Shown in pieces: positions 26,702 through 35,826 of a stretch of DNA of 64,000 bases. The stretch's first letter is position 1. Each line of letters starts with the position of its first letter. The position numbers were made by a program, and so were the translations under genes. Origin of the DNA: Candidatus Onthovivens sp. (GTDB taxonomy: Bacteria; Bacillota_I; Bacilli_A; RFN20; CAG-826); NCBI GenBank assembly GCA_035270825.1, contig DATESL010000004.1, positions 118,854-182,853 on the forward strand, written 5' to 3'. The notes beneath the pieces are model-generated. The model ran no database searches. It saw only the letters and a program-made list of their open reading frames with translations, and had not been told where the DNA came from.

Positions 26702-27979
26702 TTAACTCTTTTTAATTGTCTTAATTCGAACCTTAATTTTTTCAACAGTTCTTTTATCGATTGCTAAAACTTTAATTACTAAGTTTTTATAATTGATGAC
26801 TTGACCAACTTTAGCAAATTTATCATCGAGTAATTCAATAATAAACCCTCCAATAGTAATATATTCAGTATCAATTTCTTCATAATCTAAATCAAATAAA
26901 TCGAAGAAATCTTCTAAATTCATCTGTCCATCAATAATGTATGTTCCATCTTTTGCTCGATGGAATGGTTGTTCTTTATCGTCTGTTTCATCCCAAATTT
27001 CACCAACAATTTCCTCTAATATATCTTCTAATGTGACGATTCCTTCAACTCCTCCATACTCATCAAGAATAACCGCAAAAGAAACTTTTTTAGCTTTAAA
27101 TTCTCTTAAAATATCGTTGATTTCAGTTGAACGAGGGAAATAAAGCGGAGTTTTAATAATTGAACGTAAATCGATATCTTTTTCAAGAAGCTTTAATTCA
27201 ACCAAATCTTTAACATAAATAAAACCTAAAATATTATCAATTGATTCCTCATAAACCGGGATACGTGAATGAATATAAGTTTCATCATCAAGTAAAATTT
27301 CTTCTAATTCATCTTCAATATCAATAGCGTATAAATCGACTCGAGGAGTCATAATTTCATAAGCTTCAGTATTGGCATAGATAATAGTTCCTTTAATAAT
27401 TTCTTTTTTATCATTATCAATTAACCCCTCAAACTCTAATTCTTTAGCCATTTCCTGTAATTCTTTATCGGTTAAAACTAAATCTTTAACATTATGAGTA
27501 AAGGGATAACTTAAACCTCTTCCAATCAAAGAAAAAATATAAGTTAAAGGCGTAAATATTATTGTAAATAAATATACTGGATAAGCAAATATTAAACTTG
27601 AACGGAAAGAATAGACTTTAACAATTGATTTAGGAATAATTTCCCCAAAAATTAATAAAAGTCCTAGTAAAGAAAATGATCCAATAGTTGTTGCTAGACT
27701 TTCATCATATTGGAAATTAGTAGCAATTAAAATGGCTAAAACAGTTACAATTGAGGTTGCTCCAATGTTAACAAGGTTATTTCCAAATAATAAAGTTGCA
27801 ATTGTTTTTTCATAGTTTTTTGTTAATTTAATAGCAATCTGACAGCTTTTAGAAGGTTTAAGTGCATAGTGAGCCTCTAAACGAGCAAGCGAAACAGAGC
27901 TAAAAGCCATATCCGCACTTGAAAAGAACATTGAGAAAATTAATAAGATAGCAATAACTATAAAATAAAGAGTATACAT
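26702..27979 (-). CDS. CNNM/HlyC-CorC family transporter (DUF21 + CBS pair + CorC_HlyC)
   Basis: Four-TM DUF21 N-terminus, a CBS pair (IMTPRVD...), and a C-terminal GGFIIELLDDKFAKVGQVI CorC transporter-associated domain. Confidence 0.85.
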   Translation of the reverse strand: MYTLYFIVIAILLIFSMFFSSADMAFSSVSLARLEAHYALKPSKSCQIAIKLTKNYEKTIATLLFGNNLVNIGATSIVTVLAILIATNFQYDESLATTIGSFSLLGLLLIFGEIIPKSIVKVYSFRSSLIFAYPVYLFTIIFTPLTYIFSLIGRGLSYPFTHNVKDLVLTDKELQEMAKELEFEGLIDNDKKEIIKGTIIYANTEAYEIMTPRVDLYAIDIEDELEEILLDDETYIHSRIPVYEESIDNILGFIYVKDLVELKLLEKDIDLRSIIKTPLYFPRSTEINDILREFKAKKVSFAVILDEYGGVEGIVTLEDILEEIVGEIWDETDDKEQPFHRAKDGTYIIDGQMNLEDFFDLFDLDYEEIDTEYITIGGFIIELLDDKFAKVGQVINYKNLVIKVLAIDKRTVEKIKVRIKTIKKS

Positions 27980-29037
27980 TATAATTTCTCCTCCTTATCT
28001 AATTCAATATCACCAACAAGTTCTTCTAAAACATCATCCATTGTTATCATTCCAATAACTTTTTGTTCTTTATTTTTAACAAAAGCGATGTGAGTCTTAT
28101 AAGTATTAAATCCTTCAAAAATTGTATCAATTTTATCATTATAATTAACAAAGTAAGGGTCATTAATCACATCATAAATATTAAAATGAGGATCGTGAAA
28201 ATATTCTTTAAAGTATTGGCGAATAGTTAAAACACCAATAATATTATTGATATTCCCCTCATAAACAGGAATTCTTGAATAAGTTGTATTTAATAACATT
28301 TTATTGAGTTTTGTTGCTGTCATATTTTTAATATTAATCGCTACCATACTCTCAATTGGAGTTAAAACTTGATCAACATTAATACGGTCAAAATAAAAAG
28401 CCTTTGCTAATATTTCTGATTCGTTATTTTCTAAAATACCTGAGATTTCCACTTCTTTAGCAGCAATTTTAAACTCATCTTCGGTCAAGCTGAGTTCTGG
28501 TTTAATACGGAATACCTTTTTGATTAAAAAAAGTAGTCCTTTAAAGATAATGACAATTGGATAAAAGATTATATATATAATAAAAAGGATATAAGATAAA
28601 AAGGAAGCCATTTTATTTGGAATAGCCTTTGAAATAAATTTTGGCAACATATCACCAAAAAGATAAACTATGGCAGTCATGATTAAAGTAGAGATTATAG
28701 AAATTGTATCATTGTCTAAATTATAAGCTCCTAATAAATTGAGAAATAAAACAGTTGAAATCGAGGAAGAAACGACAGCTACAAGGTTATTTCCAATCAA
28801 CCCAGTAATTAAAAAGTCATCGTATTTATTAATAACAAAAGAGACAAGTTTTCCTGTAAAACTCCCTGCTTCTTTACGAACTTTAAAATGAAACTTATTG
28901 CAATTGGCAAAAGAATTTTCGGAAGCACTAAAGAGAAAACTTCCAATAATACATACCAATATTATTACTATTTGTACAATAACATTCGAGTTATTGACGA
29001 CAACTTCATTTAAAACCTGCGACGGTATATCTTCCAT
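27979..29037 (-). CDS. DUF21 + CBS-pair membrane protein (CNNM-like, lacking the CorC_HlyC C-terminal domain)
   Basis: Paralogue of the downstream gene. It ends straight after the second CBS motif (MITMDDVLEELVGDI). Its stop overlaps the next gene's start. Confidence 0.8.
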   Translation of the reverse strand: MEDIPSQVLNEVVVNNSNVIVQIVIILVCIIGSFLFSASENSFANCNKFHFKVRKEAGSFTGKLVSFVINKYDDFLITGLIGNNLVAVVSSSISTVLFLNLLGAYNLDNDTISIISTLIMTAIVYLFGDMLPKFISKAIPNKMASFLSYILFIIYIIFYPIVIIFKGLLFLIKKVFRIKPELSLTEDEFKIAAKEVEISGILENNESEILAKAFYFDRINVDQVLTPIESMVAINIKNMTATKLNKMLLNTTYSRIPVYEGNINNIIGVLTIRQYFKEYFHDPHFNIYDVINDPYFVNYNDKIDTIFEGFNTYKTHIAFVKNKEQKVIGMITMDDVLEELVGDIELDKEEKL

Positions 29038-29103
29038 TTACATCTCCTAATTGCATAGAATTATATAAAAACTTCAGAAAAAAAGCAACATTTTTTATTG
29101 CTT

Positions 29104-29691
29104 TTATTTATTTCCTCTTTTAATTTGATGGCAATGACGGCAACGTGGCTCATAACTTTCCATGGCACCAATTAAAATAATAGGATCACTATCCTTAGCT
29201 GGAACTCCATCAATTAAGCGTTGAGTTCTAGTAGCCTCTTTTCCACATACCAAGCAAATAGCAGTCAGTTTGGTAACATATTCAGCTTTTGCTAATAAAT
29301 TAGCAGTAACCATAAAGGGATCGGCTTTAAAATCAGTATCGAGCCCAGCAACAATAACTCTAATCCCACGATTTGAAAGAGTATCAATAACAGAAATAAT
29401 TCCTTCATCAAAAAATTGTACTTCATCAATACAAATTGCATCAATTTCAGGTGTAATATATTTTAAAATATCCGCTCCTTTAGAGATTGGAAGTGCTTGA
29501 TAACTACGTTTTTGGTGCGAAACAATCTCTTCTTCGCTATAACGGTCATCGATGATTGGTTTAAAGACTAAAAAATTCTTTTTAGCATAAATTAATCGAT
29601 TAATTCTTCTTAAAAGTTCTTCACTTTTACCAGCAAACATCGGTCCGCAGATTACTTCTAAAGAACCGCCAATATGATCTTCATGTCCCAT
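29104..29691 (-). CDS. tdk: Thymidine kinase
   Basis: Motifs [18 protein letters not shown] and CxxC...CRHCH zinc motifs. I chose the start at 29691 (MGHEDHIGG), with GAGG upstream. The ORF-track N-terminal extension is not Tdk-like. Confidence 0.92.
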   Translation of the reverse strand: MGHEDHIGGSLEVICGPMFAGKSEELLRRINRLIYAKKNFLVFKPIIDDRYSEEEIVSHQKRSYQALPISKGADILKYITPEIDAICIDEVQFFDEGIISVIDTLSNRGIRVIVAGLDTDFKADPFMVTANLLAKAEYVTKLTAICLVCGKEATRTQRLIDGVPAKDSDPIILIGAMESYEPRCRHCHQIKRGNK

Positions 29692-29957
29692 TATTTTTAC
29701 CTCAATACTAGAAAAATTATATATGAATAAAATATAAATTAAAGTCTTGTTTTTTCTTTCCTTTTCAATCGTCAATTTTGCCACTTTCTTTTATCTAAAT
29801 AACTACTAGAAATCAACTAAACTAAGACAAATTTCTTTATATTAAGAAGATATTAATATTTGCTTAAGATTTAGAGTTAAAAGATTATAAAGTTGTTCTT
29901 TTTCTTTAATAAATGTTTAAGATTGATTATAATAGCATAGTAAAGGAAAGAGAAAAA

Positions 29958-30938
29958 ATGGCAAAAGTTCACGGTTCAAATATAGCAATTATATCATTAG
30001 GTTCTAACGACAATTTAGCAAAGGAAATTGCTAAAGGTTTAGGAGTCAAATTATTAGATGTTTCGATCGCATGTTTCGCTGATGGAGAGGTTAATATCGA
30101 TGTCAAAGAAACGGTTAGAGGTCATAATGTTTTTGTTGTTCAATCTACTTCTTTCCCAGTTGATGAAAATTACATGAAGTTATTTATTATGATTGATGCT
30201 TTAAAAAGAGCCAGTGCTAAAACCATCAATATCATCATGCCTTACTATGGCTATTCAAGACAAGATCGCAAAGCTGGTCCTCGTCAACCAATTAGTGCTA
30301 AATTAATGGCTGATTTATTAACTACAGCTGGAGCAACTCGAGTCCTTGCAATGGATTTACATGCTGCTCAAATTCAAGGATTCTTCGATATTCCAATTGA
30401 TGGATTAGAGGCAACTCCGATCTTTGTTAATTACATTTTAAAGAAGAAATTTAAGGATATTGTCATTGTTTCTCCAGATCATGGTGGAGCGAAAAGAGCT
30501 AGTAAATATGCAGATTATTTAGGTAATGCGCCATTAGCAATTATTGATAAACGCCGTCCAAAACCAAACGTTGTTGAAATTAATGCTTTAATTGGTGATG
30601 TTAAAGATAAAACTGCAATTATTGTTGATGATATGGTTGATACAGCAGGTAGTTTAATGGCTGCTATTGATACTTTATTAAAGGCTGGAGCTAAGGAAGT
30701 CTACATGCTTGCAACTCATGGTATCTTATCTGGATCAGCAATTGAAAGAATTCAAAATTCAAAATTAAAGAAGTTAATTATTACTAATACAATTGAACAA
30801 CCTATTGAAAAACAAATTGATAAAATTGAAGTTTTAAGTGTTGCTAAGATATTCACATACGCTATTTTAAATATTATTGATAATAAATCTCTATCTTATC
30901 TCTTTGGATATTCAGAAGATAGTGATTTCAATGATTAA
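29958..30938 (+). CDS. prs: Ribose-phosphate pyrophosphokinase
   Basis: Motifs YYGYSRQDRK, DLHAAQIQGFF and VDDMVDTAGS. I chose the start at 29958 (MAKVHGSN). Confidence 0.93.
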   Translation: MAKVHGSNIAIISLGSNDNLAKEIAKGLGVKLLDVSIACFADGEVNIDVKETVRGHNVFVVQSTSFPVDENYMKLFIMIDALKRASAKTINIIMPYYGYSRQDRKAGPRQPISAKLMADLLTTAGATRVLAMDLHAAQIQGFFDIPIDGLEATPIFVNYILKKKFKDIVIVSPDHGGAKRASKYADYLGNAPLAIIDKRRPKPNVVEINALIGDVKDKTAIIVDDMVDTAGSLMAAIDTLLKAGAKEVYMLATHGILSGSAIERIQNSKLKKLIITNTIEQPIEKQIDKIEVLSVAKIFTYAILNIIDNKSLSYLFGYSEDSDFND

Positions 30939-30951
30939 AAGGAGGAATGAT

Positions 30952-31491
30952 ATGCATTTAGTTAATGATTTAAAAAAGATTCTTTTCACAAAAGAAGAAA
31001 TTATGGATAGATGTGTTTCTTTAGGTAAAGAAATTACTAAAGATTATAAGGATAAAGACTTACTGCTAGTTGGAGTCTTAAAAGGAGCGATTCCTTTTAT
31101 GATTAATCTTGCTTCAAATATTGATTTATATGTTGCTGAAGACTACATCCAAGTTTCAAGTTATGTTGATAATAAATCTTCAGGTCGAGTTAATTTACGT
31201 AAAGATATTGATATTGATATTCATGGTAAAGATATTTTATTGGTCGATGATATTATTGATACTGGTTTAACTTACAAATTTGTTCGTGAATTATTATTAG
31301 CAAAAGGTGCAAATAGTGTTGAAATGGTCGCTTTATTATCTAAAAAAGCTCATCGTCAAGATGAGATTAAATGTCGCTATATTGGTTTTGAAATCGATGA
31401 TCAATTTGTTATTGGTTTTGGTCTTGACTATAACGACCGTTATCGTAACTTAGACTGCATCGGGATAATTGATGAAAATTTAATTAAATAA
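30952..31491 (+). CDS. hpt: Hypoxanthine-guanine phosphoribosyltransferase
   Basis: PRPP motif ILLVDDIIDTGLT. I chose the start at 30952, preceded by AGGAGG. 180 aa. Confidence 0.9.
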   Translation: MHLVNDLKKILFTKEEIMDRCVSLGKEITKDYKDKDLLLVGVLKGAIPFMINLASNIDLYVAEDYIQVSSYVDNKSSGRVNLRKDIDIDIHGKDILLVDDIIDTGLTYKFVRELLLAKGANSVEMVALLSKKAHRQDEIKCRYIGFEIDDQFVIGFGLDYNDRYRNLDCIGIIDENLIK

Positions 31492-31505
31492 TTAATGATT
31501 ACAAA

Positions 31506-31542
31506 TAAAAAAACTAGGTTAAATAATAACCTAGTTTTTTTA
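31506..31542. terminator. Bidirectional intrinsic terminator between hpt and the acetyltransferase gene
   Basis: Stem actaggtta (31513-31521) / taacctagt (31527-31535), flanked by an A run and a T run. Confidence 0.75.
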
Positions 31543-31556
31543 TTTATCTTGAAATT

Positions 31557-32165
31557 TTAAAGTTCAATTTTACGATCCTTATAATAATAGAGACGGTCGC
31601 GTTCACCGATCTCACGGATTACTCGACATGGTGTGCCAAAAGCAACAACATTACTTGGAAGAGATTTTGTCACAACACTTCCAGCTCCAATGACCGTGTT
31701 ATCACCAATTTCTACTCCTGGTAGAATAACACTATTAGCTCCAACCCATACATTTTTACCAATTTTAACTTCAATATTAAACTCATAACCTTTTGATCGA
31801 AGTTCTGGTTCAATTGGATGAGCAGCTGTAACAACTGTTACATTTGGACCAAAAAGAGTGTTATCTCCAATATAAATATTGGCATCATCAACTAAAGTTA
31901 AGTTAAAATTACCATAAACATTATCCCCTAAATAAACATGAGCTCCCGCCCAGTTTGAATGAAATGGAGCTTGAAAATAACAATTTTTACCTAATTTAGC
32001 AAACATCTTCTTCATTAATTCTTGACGTTTTTGACTTTCTCCTGGACGAAGTTGATTAAAATCATAAAGAATTTCAAATCTTTTTTGTTGTTCTTCTAAT
32101 ATTTCATCATTTATTGAATTATATAAAGAACCATCTAAAACCATTTTTAGCGTACTTTCTTTCAT
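31557..32165 (-). CDS. maa: Maltose/galactoside O-acetyltransferase (left-handed beta-helix, hexapeptide repeat)
   Basis: N-terminal Mac domain (MLDGSLYNS...) and hexapeptide repeats (IGDNVYGNFNLTL, IGKNVWVGANSVILPGVEIGDNTVIGAGSVV). Confidence 0.85.
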   Translation of the reverse strand: MKESTLKMVLDGSLYNSINDEILEEQQKRFEILYDFNQLRPGESQKRQELMKKMFAKLGKNCYFQAPFHSNWAGAHVYLGDNVYGNFNLTLVDDANIYIGDNTLFGPNVTVVTAAHPIEPELRSKGYEFNIEVKIGKNVWVGANSVILPGVEIGDNTVIGAGSVVTKSLPSNVVAFGTPCRVIREIGERDRLYYYKDRKIEL

Positions 32166-32169
32166 TTTT

Positions 32170-33204
32170 TTATCCTACTTTTGCTTTTTTACAAGTTTGA
32201 TTATATCCATAATGGATAATTTTTTTCTTTAAGTATTTAAAGATAAACCAAGGAACAACCGTGTAATATGAACGATATCGAAGGAAGTAATACATTTTTT
32301 TATCTTTAGCTTTAATTGATGCAAAGTGTCTTTTAACATCATTGAATTGTTCTTTTAAATTACGATCACCAAGAACAATAAAAGCAATAGTAACAATATT
32401 AACAACATTTAAAGCATGCTTTAAATAATTCCTTTTCCAACGAGGTAACTTCTTAATATCTTCATATTTAATTGCATCAATCATCAAATTCATTACAATT
32501 AATTGTTGATTGTAGCGCTTAGAAAAATTTGTAATATTAATTGATTGATCACTTCTGCCAATAAAATATGAATAAAGATCAACATCTAAATAATAGACAA
32601 TTTTTGAAATAATTAATGGCTTGTAAGCAAAATAATTATCAACATAAAAACAATGTTTTGGTAAAATTACTCCTGATTCAATTAATATATCACGGCGAAA
32701 AATCAGTGAATGCATTAAAATCATTTTAGAAAAATGCATTTTAGTAATTCGATTCCAATCAACAAAAGCATTTGGTTTGATATGTTTATCATAGCTTGAA
32801 ACATTTTTTGTTCCATCAATTGCATGATCATAAACAAAATTACAAATATAGGCATCAGGAGAAAGTCCTTCTTTTAGATGCTCTTTAATTGTCTTTAATA
32901 ATTTTAAATAACCATTCTTTAATAAATGGTCATCACTATCTACAACTTTGTAATAAAGACCAGTTGAATGAGCTAATCCCTGATTAACCCCTTCACCATG
33001 ACCCATATTTTCTTGATCAACAACTTTGACAATACTTGGATATTTTTTTTGATAATCTCTAGCAATCTCTAAAGTTTTATCAGTTGAACCATCATTAATA
33101 ATAATAATTTCAACATCTTCGCCTCCAACAAGCAAAGAATCAATACATTGTATTAAATATCCTTCACTATTATATGAAGGAACTCCAATTGATAAATATT
33201 TCAT
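32170..33204 (-). CDS. Family 2 glycosyltransferase
   Basis: Motifs GVPSYNSEGYL...IIINDGSTD...VVDSDDH (GT-A fold, DxD). Confidence 0.8.
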   Translation of the reverse strand: MKYLSIGVPSYNSEGYLIQCIDSLLVGGEDVEIIIINDGSTDKTLEIARDYQKKYPSIVKVVDQENMGHGEGVNQGLAHSTGLYYKVVDSDDHLLKNGYLKLLKTIKEHLKEGLSPDAYICNFVYDHAIDGTKNVSSYDKHIKPNAFVDWNRITKMHFSKMILMHSLIFRRDILIESGVILPKHCFYVDNYFAYKPLIISKIVYYLDVDLYSYFIGRSDQSINITNFSKRYNQQLIVMNLMIDAIKYEDIKKLPRWKRNYLKHALNVVNIVTIAFIVLGDRNLKEQFNDVKRHFASIKAKDKKMYYFLRYRSYYTVVPWFIFKYLKKKIIHYGYNQTCKKAKVG

Positions 33205-33218
33205 AATTAATCCTTTTT

Positions 33219-35669
33219 CTATAATTTATTATTCTTTTTTAAAAGTTTTTCGTTCTTTTTTGCTTCTTTCTTGGCTTTTAAAAAAGCACTTAAACCTTTA
33301 AAGAAATGACCATTAAACATCGTAATTAAACCATTTAATTCACTCCAAGTGATTAAACCATTCGTCATACGAGCAATTCCTCGCATTGGTTGATGTAAAA
33401 CACCCATAATCATTTCATTTGCTTTGGCTGTTTTGCCAGTCATTTTTAAAAATTTAATACTCTTACGAATGACAAAGGAGAAGAAACGACCACTCCACCC
33501 TCTGGCATATTGTAAATCATTTATTGTCGTATTGTAACTTACTTTGATACGATTCTTCTTTAAAAAATCATGAGTCGCTTTAGGAATTTCATGTCCAAGT
33601 AAAATTCTAAACTCTTCATCACTAACATTATCAACTCTTCCGCGATAATAAGATGGAATTAACATCTTATTATAAGGATTAGGAGCTAGAGTTCCTTTAT
33701 CTTCTAAAGATGAACATAATCTTATATCATTTGATGATGCTCCAACATAAATATTATATAGAGCTTCTTCAATTTCAAACTTATTAGTTTTAATATTAAA
33801 ATAACGGAATGTGTATTCATCAAAATCAATATGAACATCAACTGAACTATGACCTTTTATAAATACTTTTTTAAATCCCTTTAGTTCTTTTAATGGACGG
33901 AATATTTTTGTATTAATTCCGCCAACATATAATTGAACAATTTCTTTCCCGTCAATTTCACTTATATTACTAATTTTAAAATCAACTCCCTTTGATGTGA
34001 CTACTAAATCACTATATTCAAATTTTGAATAACTTAAACCATAGCCAAAAGGATATTTAACTTCAACAGCATCAGTTTCATAGTAGCGATATCCAACATA
34101 TATTCCTTCACGATATTCAGCAGTTTTTTCACTACCAGGAAAGTAATTTTTCGAGGAAGTATCATGATATTTATAAGGAAAAGACTCCGCTAATTTCCCA
34201 CATGGATTACTACGACCAGTCAAGATATTTAAAGTAGCACGAGCTCCTGCTTGGCCTCCTAAATAACTTAATAAAATAGCCTCAGCCTCATCAGCCCATG
34301 ATAATTTTACAGGCGAACCACAATGAATAATCGTAACAACTTGATGGCCAGCATGAGCGAGTGCGTAAGCTAGTTCTTTTTGGTTGTTAGGGAAATTAAT
34401 ATTGGCACGATCTAAGCCTTCAGCTTCAGTTACTTCATCTAATCCACAATAAAATAAGATAACATCTGCTTTTTTGGCTAACTCCATTGCTTTTTTAAAG
34501 AGTTTTTTATTTCTTTTTCCATAACGAGTAAAGCCTTGTTCATAACCAATAAAATCTAATTCTTGATAGTCTTTAATTACATCTAAAGTTGATTCAAGTT
34601 TGGTTGGATTAACTTGACTACTACCGGCTCCTTGAAAGCGAACATTTTTAGCAAAATCACCAATAATAGCGACTTTTGTATTATTTTTTAATGGTAGAAT
34701 ATTGCGATGATTCTTCAATAAAACCATACTTTCTTGAGCAATTTCCATTGCTAATTGATGATCTTTTTCAACATCGATTACTTCTTCAACATCGCTCTTT
34801 TTTAGACGTGTTTCATGAGCTAAAGTAATGATTTGATCAATATTTTTATCTAAAACTGTGCTAGCTAATTTACCAGTTAAAACGGCTTCTTCAACCTCTT
34901 TTACAGTATCTTTACAGTTTGGCATTTCAAGAGCGTTATAAGCTTCAAGTCCTAAAATACGATCATTTTCACCGCCCCAATCAGTGACAACCATCCCCTC
35001 ATATTTCCATTCATTTCTTAAAATGTCTTTTAATAAATGCATATTTTCATTAGTATGAGTTCCATTTAATAAGTTATAACTTGACATAATTACCTTTGGA
35101 TTTGATTCTTTTATTGCAATTTCAAAACCTGTTAAATATATTTCACGCATTGTTCTTTCATCAACAATTGAATCAATTGTCATTCTTTTTTCTTCTTGAT
35201 TGTTACAAGCAAAATGTTTTAAACAAGCTCCAACTCCTTCTGACTGAATTCCTCTAACATAGGCTGCAGCCATCTTTCCACTTAAATATGGGTCTTCACT
35301 AAAGTATTCAAAATTACGTCCACAACGTGGATTTCTTTTAATATTTAGTCCTGGACCTAATAAAACATTAACTCCTAAAATTCTTGATTCTTCACCTAAT
35401 AATTGACCAAGTTTTTCTGCCATTTCTAAATCCCAACTTGAAGCAACCGTCACGGCTGTTGGAAAACAAGTTGCTGGGATAGAAGGATTCAAACCTAAAT
35501 GATCGCCAAATTCTTCTTGTTGTTTACGAACTCCATGAGGCCCATCAGAGAAACAAATACTTGGAATATCATGAGCAGGAATATCTTGTGAGTCAAAAAA
35601 AGTTTTCCCACTAGTTAAAAGAGCTTTTTCTTCAAGTGTCATTTTTGAGATTAATTCTTTGTTTTTCAT
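33219..35669 (-). CDS. GH3 beta-glucosidase/xylosidase, canonical domain order, cytoplasmic
   Basis: Motifs RNPRCGRNFEYFSEDPYL, KHFACNNQE, nucleophile region GMVVTDWGG, and FGYGLSYSKFEY (Fn3-like). No signal peptide. Confidence 0.9.
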   Translation of the reverse strand: MKNKELISKMTLEEKALLTSGKTFFDSQDIPAHDIPSICFSDGPHGVRKQQEEFGDHLGLNPSIPATCFPTAVTVASSWDLEMAEKLGQLLGEESRILGVNVLLGPGLNIKRNPRCGRNFEYFSEDPYLSGKMAAAYVRGIQSEGVGACLKHFACNNQEEKRMTIDSIVDERTMREIYLTGFEIAIKESNPKVIMSSYNLLNGTHTNENMHLLKDILRNEWKYEGMVVTDWGGENDRILGLEAYNALEMPNCKDTVKEVEEAVLTGKLASTVLDKNIDQIITLAHETRLKKSDVEEVIDVEKDHQLAMEIAQESMVLLKNHRNILPLKNNTKVAIIGDFAKNVRFQGAGSSQVNPTKLESTLDVIKDYQELDFIGYEQGFTRYGKRNKKLFKKAMELAKKADVILFYCGLDEVTEAEGLDRANINFPNNQKELAYALAHAGHQVVTIIHCGSPVKLSWADEAEAILLSYLGGQAGARATLNILTGRSNPCGKLAESFPYKYHDTSSKNYFPGSEKTAEYREGIYVGYRYYETDAVEVKYPFGYGLSYSKFEYSDLVVTSKGVDFKISNISEIDGKEIVQLYVGGINTKIFRPLKELKGFKKVFIKGHSSVDVHIDFDEYTFRYFNIKTNKFEIEEALYNIYVGASSNDIRLCSSLEDKGTLAPNPYNKMLIPSYYRGRVDNVSDEEFRILLGHEIPKATHDFLKKNRIKVSYNTTINDLQYARGWSGRFFSFVIRKSIKFLKMTGKTAKANEMIMGVLHQPMRGIARMTNGLITWSELNGLITMFNGHFFKGLSAFLKAKKEAKKNEKLLKKNNKL

Positions 35670-35826
35670 AAATTGGTCTCCTGTTTTTAATCAAAATTGT
35701 CATTAAAAATGATTATAATTTTACATTAAAATTATACTATAAAATAGAACAAAAATACACCCCTAAATCATCGACAAATTATAGAAATAATCGCTAAAAA
35801 ATGATAAAATAATCTTGGAGAAACTT

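Noticed and set aside
35670-35826. Searched the GH3/GH2 divergent intergenic region, and the region upstream of GH78 (42654-42732), for the TGTTCA/TGAACA motif and for clear -35/-10 promoters
   Set aside because: No copy of the motif was found. Several TATAAT-like hexamers exist, but in DNA this AT-rich I cannot assign promoters with confidence.
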